Assembly: GCF_000427625.1 (NCBI RefSeq)
Contig: NZ_KE386569.1
Span: forward strand, 3,856,313-3,880,312
Source of the DNA: Methylobacter luteus IMV-B-3098
Lineage (GTDB): Bacteria; Pseudomonadota; Gammaproteobacteria; Methylococcales; Methylomonadaceae
Reading direction: 5' to 3'
Length of the DNA stretch: 24,000 nt
Shown here: positions 1-8,965 of the stretch, piece by piece
How positions within the stretch are numbered: the stretch's first letter is position 1
Layout: each line of letters opens with the position of its first letter
Translations under genes and position numbers: made by a program
The notes under the pieces: generated by a model
Seen by the model: the letters and a program-made list of their open reading frames with translations, nothing else
Told to the model about the DNA's origin: nothing
Databases searched by the model: none

Positions 1-2068
1 CGCCGACACCCCCGAATGGAAAAGCGATTTCGCCGCCTTATTGCAACAGATGGATGCGCTTTATGCCGTGCGAGACGTTTATCCCGAGGATGCGCCATGG
101 TCCATGCGATTGGGACTTTACCAGGGCGATAAAGTCAGCCCCCTGGCCGATAGCGCCTACGGCAGGCAATTGACGAACCGTTTGCTGCCGCTCATCAAAG
201 CCAGGCTGGAACAGCGCCTTGTCGGTGAGGAATCCAGAAACCCGGAGATTATGTATGAATTGTTGCGCATCTATTTGATGCTCGGCAATCCCGACAAAAT
301 GGATGCCGGGATTTTCCGCCCCTGGATCGCGCTGGACTGGGAAAACAATTACCCTCAGGCTGTGCAGCAGGGATTGCTGGCGCATCTGGACAATCTGCTG
401 AAGTTGCCGCTGGAAGGCCAGTCATTGGATGAACAGTTGATTGCAGGCACCCGTCAGATACTGACGCAAATACCGGTCGCGCAACAGGTTTACATGCGCA
501 TCAAGCGCGAGGCCCTGCAGCAGCATGATTATGACTTCAAGCTGATCGATGCCCTGGGCCTGAGCGGAAGCCGCGTTTTTTCGACTGCCAGCGGCACCCT
601 GGAAGAACAGCTGATTCCGGGCTTTTTTACCTATAACGGTTTCTATCAGGTTTTTTTGAAGGAAAGCAAGGATCTGGCCAAGCAAGCGGTTGAGCAACAG
701 TGGGTGCTTGGCGAGGCCAATATGGCCGGCGCGCAGGACCCTTCGGAGCTGGAAGCCAAGCTGCGCGGTTATTATTTCATCGACTTCATCAAGCGCTGGG
801 ACGACCTGCTGAATAATCTGAATATCAGAGCCACGGCCAATATACAGCAATCCATAGAAGTGCTGGAAATAGTCTCCGGCGGCGACTCGCCCTTGCGCAA
901 GCTGCTGCAGGCGCTGGATCAGCAGACATCGCTGACGCGCGTGCCGGCCGATGCCGGCGCCCTGGATAAGTTGAAACAGGGCGTCGAAGCGGCAGGCGGC
1001 GACGCGCGCATGCAAAAGCTGCTGAACACGGCGAAAGTGGCCGGCGTAGCTGGCGAAGCGGCGGGCGATTCGGGGCAGGAAGTCGAACGCCATTTTGAAA
1101 GGCTGACTTCCCAGATCAGAAATATCGGCGGTGCCGTGGCCATCGATCAGGTCATCGCCGACCTGGGACAGCTTTATGGCTACATGGCCGATCTGGGCAG
1201 TACGTCCGATACCTCCGCCGCGGTTAATCTGGCTGTGCAACGCAGTTCGGGCGGCGGCAATGACATCATCGCCCAGATTCAACTGCATTCGGCCCGGTTG
1301 CCGGACCCGTTGAAAAACTGGATCAGAACCCTGGCTTCGGGCAACTGGGGCATTATTCTGGGCGGCGCCAAGGCCCAGCTGAACCGCAGTCTGCAGAGTG
1401 AAGTGGCCACGGTCTGCAAAAGCGCGTTGGAAGGGCGTTATCCGCTGTCAAAAGCCAGCCGTACCGACATTACCTTGCAGGATTTCGGCAAATTCTTTGC
1501 GCCGAGCGGGGTTCTGGATCAGTTTTTCAATACCCACCTGAAGCCGTTTGTCGATACCAGCGGCATGCAATGGAAGCCGATCGCCCAGGACCACCAATCG
1601 ATCGGCATTTCGCCTGGCGTATTGAGCCAGTTTCAGAATGCGGCAAAAATACGCGATGTGTTTTTTCAGAGCGGCGGGCCGTTGCCGGCTATCTCGTTCG
1701 AACTCAAGCCGCTGCAGCTCGACTCGAATGCCTCGCGCTTCTGGCTCGACATGGGCGGCCAGCAGACCAGTTATCGCCACGGCCCGGCAAAGGCCGCGCA
1801 GTTCCAATGGCCGGGCACGGGCGGCGGCCTGGTCCGGTATGGTTTCGAAAGGCTGGACGGCAGGCAGGTCAGCCGCTCGGAAGAGGGTGCATGGGCGTTA
1901 TTCAGGGTATTGGACCAAACCGACATGCAAAAATCGGCGCGGGATAGTTATGTCGTGACTTTCGAGATTGACGGCCTGAAAGCGAAATACGAGTTAAGGG
2001 CCAACAGCGTCTTCAATCCGTTTGCATTCGATGCGTTGAAAAGCTTTCGCTGCATCGCCGGAATCTGA
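1..2068 (+). CDS. tssM: TssM (IcmF-family T6SS membrane-complex protein), C-terminal ~690 codons; 5' end lies outside the window
   Basis: The frame is open from nt 2 with no upstream stop, so the M at 41 is not the true start. The C-terminal region looks IcmF-like (GRYPLSKASRTDITLQDFGKFFAPSGVLDQFFNTHLKPFVD). The stop at 2066-2068 lies 2 nt before the tagF ATG, and the gene sits in T6SS synteny. Confidence 0.85.
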   Translation, partial: ADTPEWKSDFAALLQQMDALYAVRDVYPEDAPWSMRLGLYQGDKVSPLADSAYGRQLTNRLLPLIKARLEQRLVGEESRNPEIMYELLRIYLMLGNPDKMDAGIFRPWIALDWENNYPQAVQQGLLAHLDNLLKLPLEGQSLDEQLIAGTRQILTQIPVAQQVYMRIKREALQQHDYDFKLIDALGLSGSRVFSTASGTLEEQLIPGFFTYNGFYQVFLKESKDLAKQAVEQQWVLGEANMAGAQDPSELEAKLRGYYFIDFIKRWDDLLNNLNIRATANIQQSIEVLEIVSGGDSPLRKLLQALDQQTSLTRVPADAGALDKLKQGVEAAGGDARMQKLLNTAKVAGVAGEAAGDSGQEVERHFERLTSQIRNIGGAVAIDQVIADLGQLYGYMADLGSTSDTSAAVNLAVQRSSGGGNDIIAQIQLHSARLPDPLKNWIRTLASGNWGIILGGAKAQLNRSLQSEVATVCKSALEGRYPLSKASRTDITLQDFGKFFAPSGVLDQFFNTHLKPFVDTSGMQWKPIAQDHQSIGISPGVLSQFQNAAKIRDVFFQSGGPLPAISFELKPLQLDSNASRFWLDMGGQQTSYRHGPAKAAQFQWPGTGGGLVRYGFERLDGRQVSRSEEGAWALFRVLDQTDMQKSARDSYVVTFEIDGLKAKYELRANSVFNPFAFDALKSFRCIAGI

Positions 2069-2070
2069 CC

Positions 2071-3615
2071 ATGGCAAACCGATCGATTCCGGGGTTTTAT
2101 GGAAAATTGCCGGTCCTTGGCGATTTTATTTCGCGCCGGCTTTCGCGCGAGTTTATCAATCCGTGGGATAAATGGCTGCAAAGCGCCATGGCGGCAAGCC
2201 AGCAGCAGCTCGGCGAGCACTGGCTGAAGGCTTACTTATCGAGTCCGGTCTGGCGTTTCGCATTGAGTCCGGGCCTGTGCGGCCATACCGGCTGGCTTGG
2301 CGTGCTGATGCCCAGCGTTGACCGGGTGGGGCGTTATTTCCCGTTGACGCTGGCATTGCCGGCGCCGCCGGATATCAATCTGTCCGATCTGTTCATAACC
2401 AATAACCATTGGTATGCGGAAGCCGAATCAATTGCGCTGACGGCGCTTGAAGAAAATCTCGATCTGAACGGTTTCGATAGTCTGTTGAATACCCTTCCTT
2501 CAATCAGGAGGCCAGAAATTCGAACCGGCGACAGAACCCTGCAATGGAATGATGATTCGGCTAAAAAAGCCCTCTGCATCGACATTGATCATGCGGGCCC
2601 GGCCGAAGAGGCATTAGCGGATTTAAAAACTGATTTGCTGGATGTTTTTACGTCCGGCTACAGCTTGTGGGCGACGCTCGGTTCCGAGCACATCAAGCCT
2701 TTTTTGTTAGGCTGCGACGGGCTACCGCCGGTGAGTGCGTTTGTTGGACTGCTTTCCGGCGATATGCCGCCCCGAGGCTGGCAGCTTGATAAAACCACCC
2801 TGTCGAGCACTGTTGAAGCCGTTGATCCGGATAAGACGCTGCCGCCCAGGCGTATCAATAATCACCCAGGCAGCAGGGGCTCCGCTTCCGGGCAAGGCGG
2901 CCCGGACCCTAGATGGCGGTCGTTTGCCAGAACCGATGTGGGGCTGCGCCGGAAATGCAATGAGGATGCGGTATTGGACCGTCCGCAGGCCGGCCTATGG
3001 GCGGTAGCGGACGGCATGGGAGGACATCAGGCCGGCGATGTGGCAAGCCGGATGATTGTTGAAGCGTTGAGCAAGCTGGAACTTTCAGGCGATCTGGAAA
3101 CATCGATAAAAAAAACCGACGCCTGCCTGAAACAAGTCAATGATGATCTGCGCGATCTGGCGGAAAGCCAGTTCGACAAGCAAATTGTCGGCAGCACGAT
3201 CGTAGCGCTAATAGCGGGCGATCAACGGTTCGCTTATCTATGGGCCGGCGACAGCCGCCTCTATCGGTTGAGGCATCGGCAACTGGTGCAGTTGACCGTA
3301 GACCATTGCGAAGATCAGACATATCCTGGCAACAATCCGATGCCGGCCGACAGACCGCTGAAACAGACGAATGTCATCACGCGCGCGCTTGGTGCTGACG
3401 ACGATTTAGCGCTGGACCGCGGAACCGTTGACGTACAGCCGGGCGATATTTATCTGCTCAGCAGCGACGGGTTGGACAAAGAGGTTAGCTTTCAGGAAAT
3501 TGAGACTATACTTAATGCCAATGATTATGAGGCCAGCGTGAAGGCTTTGGTTGATTTGACGCTGGAGCGCGGCGCTCGCGATAACGTCTCGATTGTGGCG
3601 ATTGAAATCTTATAA
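2071..3615 (+). CDS. tagF: TagF (DUF2094) N-terminal domain fused to a PP2C-type Ser/Thr phosphatase (PppA-like) C-terminal domain
   Basis: The N-terminus carries the TagF signature GFYGKLPVLGDFISRRL...WLGVLMPSVDRVGRYFPLTLA. A Pro/Gly-rich linker occupies about aa 240-290. The C-terminus has PP2C motifs RKCNEDA, AVADGMGGHQAGDVAS, WAGDSRLY, LSSDGL and GARDNVSIV. The start is translationally coupled to tssM. Confidence 0.9.
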   Translation: MANRSIPGFYGKLPVLGDFISRRLSREFINPWDKWLQSAMAASQQQLGEHWLKAYLSSPVWRFALSPGLCGHTGWLGVLMPSVDRVGRYFPLTLALPAPPDINLSDLFITNNHWYAEAESIALTALEENLDLNGFDSLLNTLPSIRRPEIRTGDRTLQWNDDSAKKALCIDIDHAGPAEEALADLKTDLLDVFTSGYSLWATLGSEHIKPFLLGCDGLPPVSAFVGLLSGDMPPRGWQLDKTTLSSTVEAVDPDKTLPPRRINNHPGSRGSASGQGGPDPRWRSFARTDVGLRRKCNEDAVLDRPQAGLWAVADGMGGHQAGDVASRMIVEALSKLELSGDLETSIKKTDACLKQVNDDLRDLAESQFDKQIVGSTIVALIAGDQRFAYLWAGDSRLYRLRHRQLVQLTVDHCEDQTYPGNNPMPADRPLKQTNVITRALGADDDLALDRGTVDVQPGDIYLLSSDGLDKEVSFQEIETILNANDYEASVKALVDLTLERGARDNVSIVAIEIL

Positions 3616-3690
3616 TCCTAAAATTATAAGGTTTTAGCCTTACTGATGATGTGATAGAGTTTGCACCTTAATATAATAAAAAATTAAGAA

Positions 3691-4755
3691 ATGAAGGGGG
3701 GCAAGTTGACTGTCGATATAGATAGTTATTTGGAAGCGATAGATGCGGAAAACGCCTGCGGCGACGATCTGGAATACGATGCCGAATTTATCGCTTTGGA
3801 ACAAGCGATAAAAGGCAAGCCAGAGCAGCAGGTTGGCGATACCATTCAAGAGGCGGAGCCGCCCAACTGGCGCGAGATAAAAAAAAGCGCGGAACAGCTC
3901 TTATCCCGTACCCGGGACCTGCGTGTACTGACCAGTTTTCTCCGGGCGCTGATCGCAACGGAAGGCTTTGCAGGGTTTAATGACGGCATGGCCCTGATCA
4001 GGGCGCTGGTTGAACACCGTTGGAACAGCATTTATCCCCAACTGGACCCGGATGATGATAATGACCCTACCGAACGGATCAATATCCTGATGTCCTTGTG
4101 CGATTATGAAACCATTCTGCGCCCGCTGCAGCAGACGCCGCTGGTCGAATCAAGGGGCCTGGGCCGATTCAGTCTGCGCGATGTGTCCGTCGCCACGGGA
4201 AAAATAACTCCCGCCAACAATGAAAACAGCATTACTTCATCGACAATCGACGCTGCCGTTCAGGACAGCGATCTGGAAAATCTTCAGGGAACATTCGGCG
4301 CAATCAGCTCCGGACTTGATAACCTCAACGGATTGGAGCGCTTTGTAACCGAGCAGGTCGGAATCAATGACGCCCCTAATTTTGGCGACTTAAGAAATCT
4401 GCTGAAGGAAAGCAAGGCGCATCTGACTGACTGGCTTGAAACAAAAGGCGGCGGAGAAGCTGTCGTTACGGATGAAGCTGAAAACGATACTGACAGCGAC
4501 AGCGGCAAAGCGGCACCCGCCACTGAAAAAAAATCGGCGCCGGGCGCTATCAATAATACGCGCGATGTGCTTAACGCGTTGACCCTGGTTTGTGAATACT
4601 ACAAAAAAAATGAACCGTCGAGTCCGGTGCCCATTTTCATAGAACGCGGCATGAGACTGGTCGGCAAAGGCTTTATGGATGTACTCAAGGATATTGCGCC
4701 CGATGGCTTGGATCAAGCCAATGTCATCAGAGGCATTCGCGGCGAGGATGAATAG
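3691..4755 (+). CDS. tssA: TssA (ImpA_N-domain T6SS protein)
   Basis: It has the ImpA N-terminal motif (ENACGDDLEYDAEFIALEQA) and a conserved C-terminal EPSSPVPIFIERGMRL segment. The start is uncertain: a TTG at 3706, preceded by the strong SD aagggggg (3694-3701), would give MTVDIDSYLEAI... and fits better than the ATG at 3691, which has no SD. Confidence 0.85.
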   Translation: MKGGKLTVDIDSYLEAIDAENACGDDLEYDAEFIALEQAIKGKPEQQVGDTIQEAEPPNWREIKKSAEQLLSRTRDLRVLTSFLRALIATEGFAGFNDGMALIRALVEHRWNSIYPQLDPDDDNDPTERINILMSLCDYETILRPLQQTPLVESRGLGRFSLRDVSVATGKITPANNENSITSSTIDAAVQDSDLENLQGTFGAISSGLDNLNGLERFVTEQVGINDAPNFGDLRNLLKESKAHLTDWLETKGGGEAVVTDEAENDTDSDSGKAAPATEKKSAPGAINNTRDVLNALTLVCEYYKKNEPSSPVPIFIERGMRLVGKGFMDVLKDIAPDGLDQANVIRGIRGEDE

Positions 4756-4805
4756 AAACATCGAACAGGTTTGGCAATTTAAAACGTTAAATAAAGGGGC
4801 ATTAC

Positions 4806-5336
4806 ATGGCAGAAAGCAGTCAAAAATTTATCGCGCGCAATCGCGCGCCAAGAGTCCAGATCGAATACGACGTCGAATTGTACGGGGCGGAAAAGAAAGT
4901 CCAGCTGCCGTTTGTGATGGGCGTTTTAGCCGATCTGTCAGGCAATCCCGCGGAACCTCTGGCACCGGTCGCCGAGCGCAAACTGCTGGAAATCGACGTC
5001 GACAACTTCGATGAGCGCCTGAAGTCCATGAAGCCGCGGGTGGCTTTCAATGTGCCGAACACCATTACCGGCGAAGGCAATCTGAACGTGGATATCACGT
5101 TCCAAAGCATGGATGACTTCTCGCCGGCGGCCGTGGCCAGAAAAGTGGAAGGTCTCAACAAACTGCTGGAAGCCAGAACGCAGCTGGCCAATCTGGTGAC
5201 CTATATGGACGGCAAGGGCGGCGCGGAAGAGCTGATCGCCAAGGCCATCAACGATCCCGCCCTGTTGCAGTCGCTGATTGCAGCGCCTAAACCGGATGCC
5301 GGCACATCATCAGAAACCCAGGAAGCAGGAGAATAA
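4806..5336 (+). CDS. tssB: TssB (VipA/ImpB) small sheath subunit
   Basis: Contains RVQIEYDVELYGAEKKVQLPFVMGVLADLSG, typical of TssB. An SD aagggg lies upstream, and the gene is followed 3 nt later by tssC. Confidence 0.93.
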   Translation: MAESSQKFIARNRAPRVQIEYDVELYGAEKKVQLPFVMGVLADLSGNPAEPLAPVAERKLLEIDVDNFDERLKSMKPRVAFNVPNTITGEGNLNVDITFQSMDDFSPAAVARKVEGLNKLLEARTQLANLVTYMDGKGGAEELIAKAINDPALLQSLIAAPKPDAGTSSETQEAGE

Positions 5337-5339
5337 GCC

Positions 5340-6836
5340 ATGGTTGAAGTAGCAAGTTCGCCAGAATCCCAGGCGGAAGCGCAGGTACAGGAATTCAGCG
5401 ATTTTTCATCATTGCTGAACAAGGAGTTCAAACCCAAATCGGATCGTGCCAAGGCAGAGGTTGAAAACGCGGTTCAGACACTGGCCGAATACGTCTTGAA
5501 GGACGCGTCCATCATATCGGAAGACGCCATTAATTCGATTGAGGCCATCATCGCGCAGATCGACAAGAAGCTGACCGAACAGGTCAATCTGATTCTTCAC
5601 CATGAAGATTTCCAGAAGCTGGAAGGGTCATGGCGGGGCCTGCATTATATGGTCAACAATACGGAAACCGACGAGCAGCTGAAAATCAGGGTCATGAACA
5701 TCTCGAAAAAGGAGTTGGGCAAGACGCTGAAGAAATTCAAGGGCACGGCCTGGGATCAAAGCCCGCTGTTCAAAAAATTATACGAAGAGGAATACGGCCA
5801 GTTCGGCGGCGAACCGTTCGGCTGCCTGATGGGCGATTATTTCTTCGATCACTCACCACAGGATGTTGAGCTGCTGGCGCAGATAGCGCAGATTTCAGCC
5901 GCTTCGCATGCGCCGTTCATCGCCGGCGTCTCGCCTTCGACGCTGCAGATGGATTCATGGGGCGAGCTGGCCAATCCGCGCGATCTGACGAAAATCTTCT
6001 CGACGCCCGATTATGCGGCATGGCGCTCATTGCGCGAATCGGACGATTCCAAATACATCGGTCTGGCTATGCCGCGTTTCCTGTCGCGGTTGCCGTACGG
6101 GTCCAAAACCGATCCGGTCGACGAATTCGATTTCGAAGAAGATACCGAATCGGCCAACAGCAGCAATTACACCTGGTCCAATGCCGCCTATGCCATGGCG
6201 ACCAACATAAACCGGTCTTTCAAACTGTATGGCTGGTGCTCCAGAATACGCGGTATTGAATCGGGCGGTGCAGTAGAAAATCTGCCCGTGCATTCGTTCC
6301 CGACTGATGACGGCGGCGTGGACATGAAATGCCCGACCGAAATCGCCATCAGCGACCGGCGCGAAGCGGAATTGGCCAAATCAGGCTTTATGCCGCTGAT
6401 CCACAAGAAGAATTCCGACTTTGCCGCATTTATCGGCGCGCAGTCCCTGAATAAACCGGCCGAGTATGATGATCCGGATGCCACGGCAAACGCCAACCTT
6501 GCTGCGCGTCTGCCTTATCTGTTCGCAACCTGCCGCTTTGCGCATTACCTGAAATGCATCGTGAGGGACAAAGTCGGTTCATTCAAGGAACGTACCGACA
6601 TGGAGCGCTGGCTGAATGACTGGATTCTGAACTATGTGGATGGCGATCCGGCGAACTCCAGTGAGTCAACTAAAGCCAAAAAACCGCTGGCTGCTGCCGA
6701 AGTCGTTGTTGAGGAGATAGAAGGCAATCCCGGCTATTACTCGTCCAAGTTCTTCCTTCGCCCGCATTATCAGTTGGAAGGATTGACAGTGTCGTTGCGA
6801 CTGGTTTCCAAACTGCCCTCCGCGAAAGGCGGTTAA
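5340..6836 (+). CDS. tssC: TssC (VipB/ImpC) large sheath subunit
   Basis: 498 aa with ILHHEDFQKLEGSWRGLHYMV and the conserved C-terminal sheath region (FFLRPHYQLEGL). An SD aggag lies upstream. Confidence 0.93.
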   Translation: MVEVASSPESQAEAQVQEFSDFSSLLNKEFKPKSDRAKAEVENAVQTLAEYVLKDASIISEDAINSIEAIIAQIDKKLTEQVNLILHHEDFQKLEGSWRGLHYMVNNTETDEQLKIRVMNISKKELGKTLKKFKGTAWDQSPLFKKLYEEEYGQFGGEPFGCLMGDYFFDHSPQDVELLAQIAQISAASHAPFIAGVSPSTLQMDSWGELANPRDLTKIFSTPDYAAWRSLRESDDSKYIGLAMPRFLSRLPYGSKTDPVDEFDFEEDTESANSSNYTWSNAAYAMATNINRSFKLYGWCSRIRGIESGGAVENLPVHSFPTDDGGVDMKCPTEIAISDRREAELAKSGFMPLIHKKNSDFAAFIGAQSLNKPAEYDDPDATANANLAARLPYLFATCRFAHYLKCIVRDKVGSFKERTDMERWLNDWILNYVDGDPANSSESTKAKKPLAAAEVVVEEIEGNPGYYSSKFFLRPHYQLEGLTVSLRLVSKLPSAKGG

Positions 6837-6935
6837 TGTTGATGCGCTTACGAGCCACGGAGCGAGCATTTTTTAAGAACGACGCTCCTGGCTTTTTTTG
6901 ATGTCTTAAAATAAATGTAAATAAAGGAGAGACAA

Positions 6936-7421
6936 ATGGCTGTAGATATGTTTATTAAAATCGGCGATTTAAAAGGTGAATCGCGCGATAAAACGCACAA
7001 AGATGAGATTGATGTTTTAGCCTGGAGCTGGGGGATGTCGCAATCAGGCACTACACACACAGGCGGCGGCGGCGGCGCGGGCAAAGTCAACGTACAGGAT
7101 ATATCGTTCACCAAATATGTCGATAAGTCTTCCGCGCCTTTGATGATGGCTTGCTGCAACGGCAAGCATTTTACCGATGCTACACTGGTGGTGCGCAAAG
7201 CCGGAGAGACGCCTCTGGAATATATCGTCATTAAGCTGACAGAAGTCATTGTAACCTCTGTCAGCACTGGCGGCAGCGGCGGCGAAGACAGATTGACCGA
7301 AAACGTTACGCTGAACTTCGCCAAGTTTGAATACGCTTATCAGCCTCAAAAAGCCGATGGCGCGAAAGATGGCGGCGTGATTGAGGCGAAATTTAATATC
7401 GCTGAAAACGCTAAAGAGTAA
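6936..7421 (+). CDS. hcp: Hcp (TssD) inner-tube protein
   Basis: 161 aa with the N-terminus MAVDMFIKIGDLKGESRDKTHKDEIDVLAWSWGMSQ, classic for Hcp. It has a strong SD aaggagag, its own upstream gap and a downstream terminator. Confidence 0.93.
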   Translation: MAVDMFIKIGDLKGESRDKTHKDEIDVLAWSWGMSQSGTTHTGGGGGAGKVNVQDISFTKYVDKSSAPLMMACCNGKHFTDATLVVRKAGETPLEYIVIKLTEVIVTSVSTGGSGGEDRLTENVTLNFAKFEYAYQPQKADGAKDGGVIEAKFNIAENAKE

Positions 7422-7429
7422 TGCTTAGG

Positions 7430-7467
7430 GCGCGAAGAAGGCGTAGTCCCTCTTCGCGCTGTTTTTT
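7430..7467 (+). terminator. Rho-independent terminator/attenuator downstream of hcp
   Basis: A GC-rich stem gcgcgaagaagg (7430-7441) pairs with ccctcttcgcgc (7448-7459), with one bulged base and loop cgtagt. It is followed immediately by tgttttttgcgtttt. Confidence 0.7.
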
Positions 7468-7518
7468 GCGTTTTAAACTCGAACCCAAAGCATTTTCTAT
7501 AATAAGAAGAATAAATCT

Positions 7519-8313
7519 ATGAAGCTTGCAGAGCAGCATTTACAAGAAGGTCGACTTCAGGAGTCACTGGCTGCGCTCCAGAGTCAAGTCCGCAAAGATC
7601 CCGCCAACCCTAAACTCAGGACGTTTCTATTTCAGCTGTTGACCGTTCTCGGCGAATGGGATCGCGCACTGACGCAACTGACTGTAGCGGGCGAGCTTGA
7701 TGCGGCGAATCTTCCCATGGTGCAGACCTACAGGGAAGCCATTCGCTGCGAGGTGCTACGTAAGGAAATTTTCTCAGGCCATAAGACGCCCGTGGTTTTT
7801 GGTGATCCCGCGCAGTGGATCGCACTCTTGCAGGAAGCGCTTAAACTGACCGCCGAAAATCGGTTCGCCGAAGCTAGAAATCTGCGCGATCAGGCTTTTG
7901 ATCTGGCGCCCGTAACCCCGGGATCGATTAACGGCGATGCCTTCAACTGGATAGCGGACGCCGATACCCGTCTGGGTCCCATGCTTGAAGCAATAGTCAA
8001 TGGCCGTTACTACTGGGTGCCGTTCCATCAGATTCGTGAGATTCATATTGAAGAACCGGCCGATCTGCGCGACTTTGTCTGGATGCCGGCGCATTTTACC
8101 TGGACAAATGGCGGCGAAGCCTTCGGCCTGATTCCCACCCGTTATCCAGGTTCGGAAACGGCCGATGAGCCGGCAATACGCCTGGCCCGCAAGACGCAAT
8201 GGCAGGAGTTGGCCGAGGAAACGTTCATCGGCCTGGGTCAGCGTTTATTGAGCACTGGCGAAAATGACTATGCGGTGATGGATGTTCGTGAAATCAAACT
8301 CAATGTGGATTAA
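7519..8313 (+). CDS. tagJ: TagJ (ImpE/SciE-family T6SS accessory protein)
   Basis: The N-terminus (LQEGRLQESLAALQSQVRKDPANPKLRTFLFQLLTVLGEWDRALTQLTVAGELD) closely resembles ImpE/TagJ1 as I remember it. Its position between hcp and tssE matches the H1-T6SS. Confidence 0.85.
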   Translation: MKLAEQHLQEGRLQESLAALQSQVRKDPANPKLRTFLFQLLTVLGEWDRALTQLTVAGELDAANLPMVQTYREAIRCEVLRKEIFSGHKTPVVFGDPAQWIALLQEALKLTAENRFAEARNLRDQAFDLAPVTPGSINGDAFNWIADADTRLGPMLEAIVNGRYYWVPFHQIREIHIEEPADLRDFVWMPAHFTWTNGGEAFGLIPTRYPGSETADEPAIRLARKTQWQELAEETFIGLGQRLLSTGENDYAVMDVREIKLNVD

Positions 8314-8459
8314 CCCGGGTTTGAAAAATTGACAACCTTTTGAACGGATTTAATGATACCGGAATGAAAATGCCGTCTATGTCGAACGTAACCCTGAATA
8401 CTTTTTGCTTTCTGTTCGATCCCGCGCGCCATGCCTGCCAGGAACAATAAGTAGAAACC

Positions 8460-8963
8460 ATGGCCGAACTCACCCAGAAAGAACGATTGCAACCCTCGCT
8501 GCTGGATCGGTTGACCGATGATGCTCCCGACAAGATACAGGAATCGCGCGACCAGCGCGTCTTGTCGCTGAGCAGATTGAGGCAGGGCGTATTGAGAGAC
8601 ATGGGCTGGCTGCTGAATACAGGCAGTCTGGATACTATCGAAAATTTTGACGGCTATCCTTTGGTTGCTGGCTCGGTCATCAATTACGGTATTCCCGACC
8701 TGGCCGGCACGACGCTATCGGGCGCCGATGTGCAGGAAATAGAGCGCCGCGTCCGTCAGGCCATCTGGGATTTTGAACCGCGCATCCTGCGCGACTCGGT
8801 CAAGGTTACCGTTATGGCTTCGGACGATCAGATGAATCATAACGCCATGACCTTCGACATAGAAGGCGATCTTTGGGCACAGCCGTTACCGCTACGCCTC
8901 TACCTTAGAACAGAACTCGATCTTGAGACAGGCAACATGGAAATTATCGATAGGGGCGGCTAA
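8460..8963 (+). CDS. tssE: TssE (gp25-like baseplate protein)
   Basis: 167 aa with the LQPSLLDRLTDDAP N-terminal motif of the GPW/gp25 T6SS lysozyme-like family. It lies directly upstream of tssF. Confidence 0.9.
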   Translation: MAELTQKERLQPSLLDRLTDDAPDKIQESRDQRVLSLSRLRQGVLRDMGWLLNTGSLDTIENFDGYPLVAGSVINYGIPDLAGTTLSGADVQEIERRVRQAIWDFEPRILRDSVKVTVMASDDQMNHNAMTFDIEGDLWAQPLPLRLYLRTELDLETGNMEIIDRGG

Positions 8964-8965
8964 TC

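Noticed and set aside
3108-4610. Four A8 homopolymer tracts, at 3108-3115 in tagF-PP2C and at 3879-3886, 4526-4533 and 4603-4610 in tssA; considered as slippage or frameshift sites.
   Set aside because: All encode Lys-Lys in the intact reading frame. No alternative-frame ORF continues past them, and A8 is below the length usually linked to programmed slippage. Lys codon usage is the more likely cause.
6837-6935. Possible sigma-54 promoter (tggc-N7-gatg) and a weak stem-loop upstream of hcp.
   Set aside because: It does not match the TGGCAC-N5-TTGC(A/T) consensus at the -12 element. The stem is only 6 bp with an 18-nt loop.
7062-7076. A (GGC)x5 triplet repeat inside hcp, encoding a Gly run; considered as a possible phase-variation site.
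   Set aside because: The repeat is codon-aligned, so slippage would keep the frame. It is short and sits in a loop region, giving no basis for an on/off switch.
8329-8357. Sigma-70-like hexamers ttgaca-N17-aatgat upstream of tssE.
   Set aside because: The -35 element is perfect, but the -10 matches only 4 of 6 positions and lies about 100 nt from the start. That is too weak to call without transcript data.
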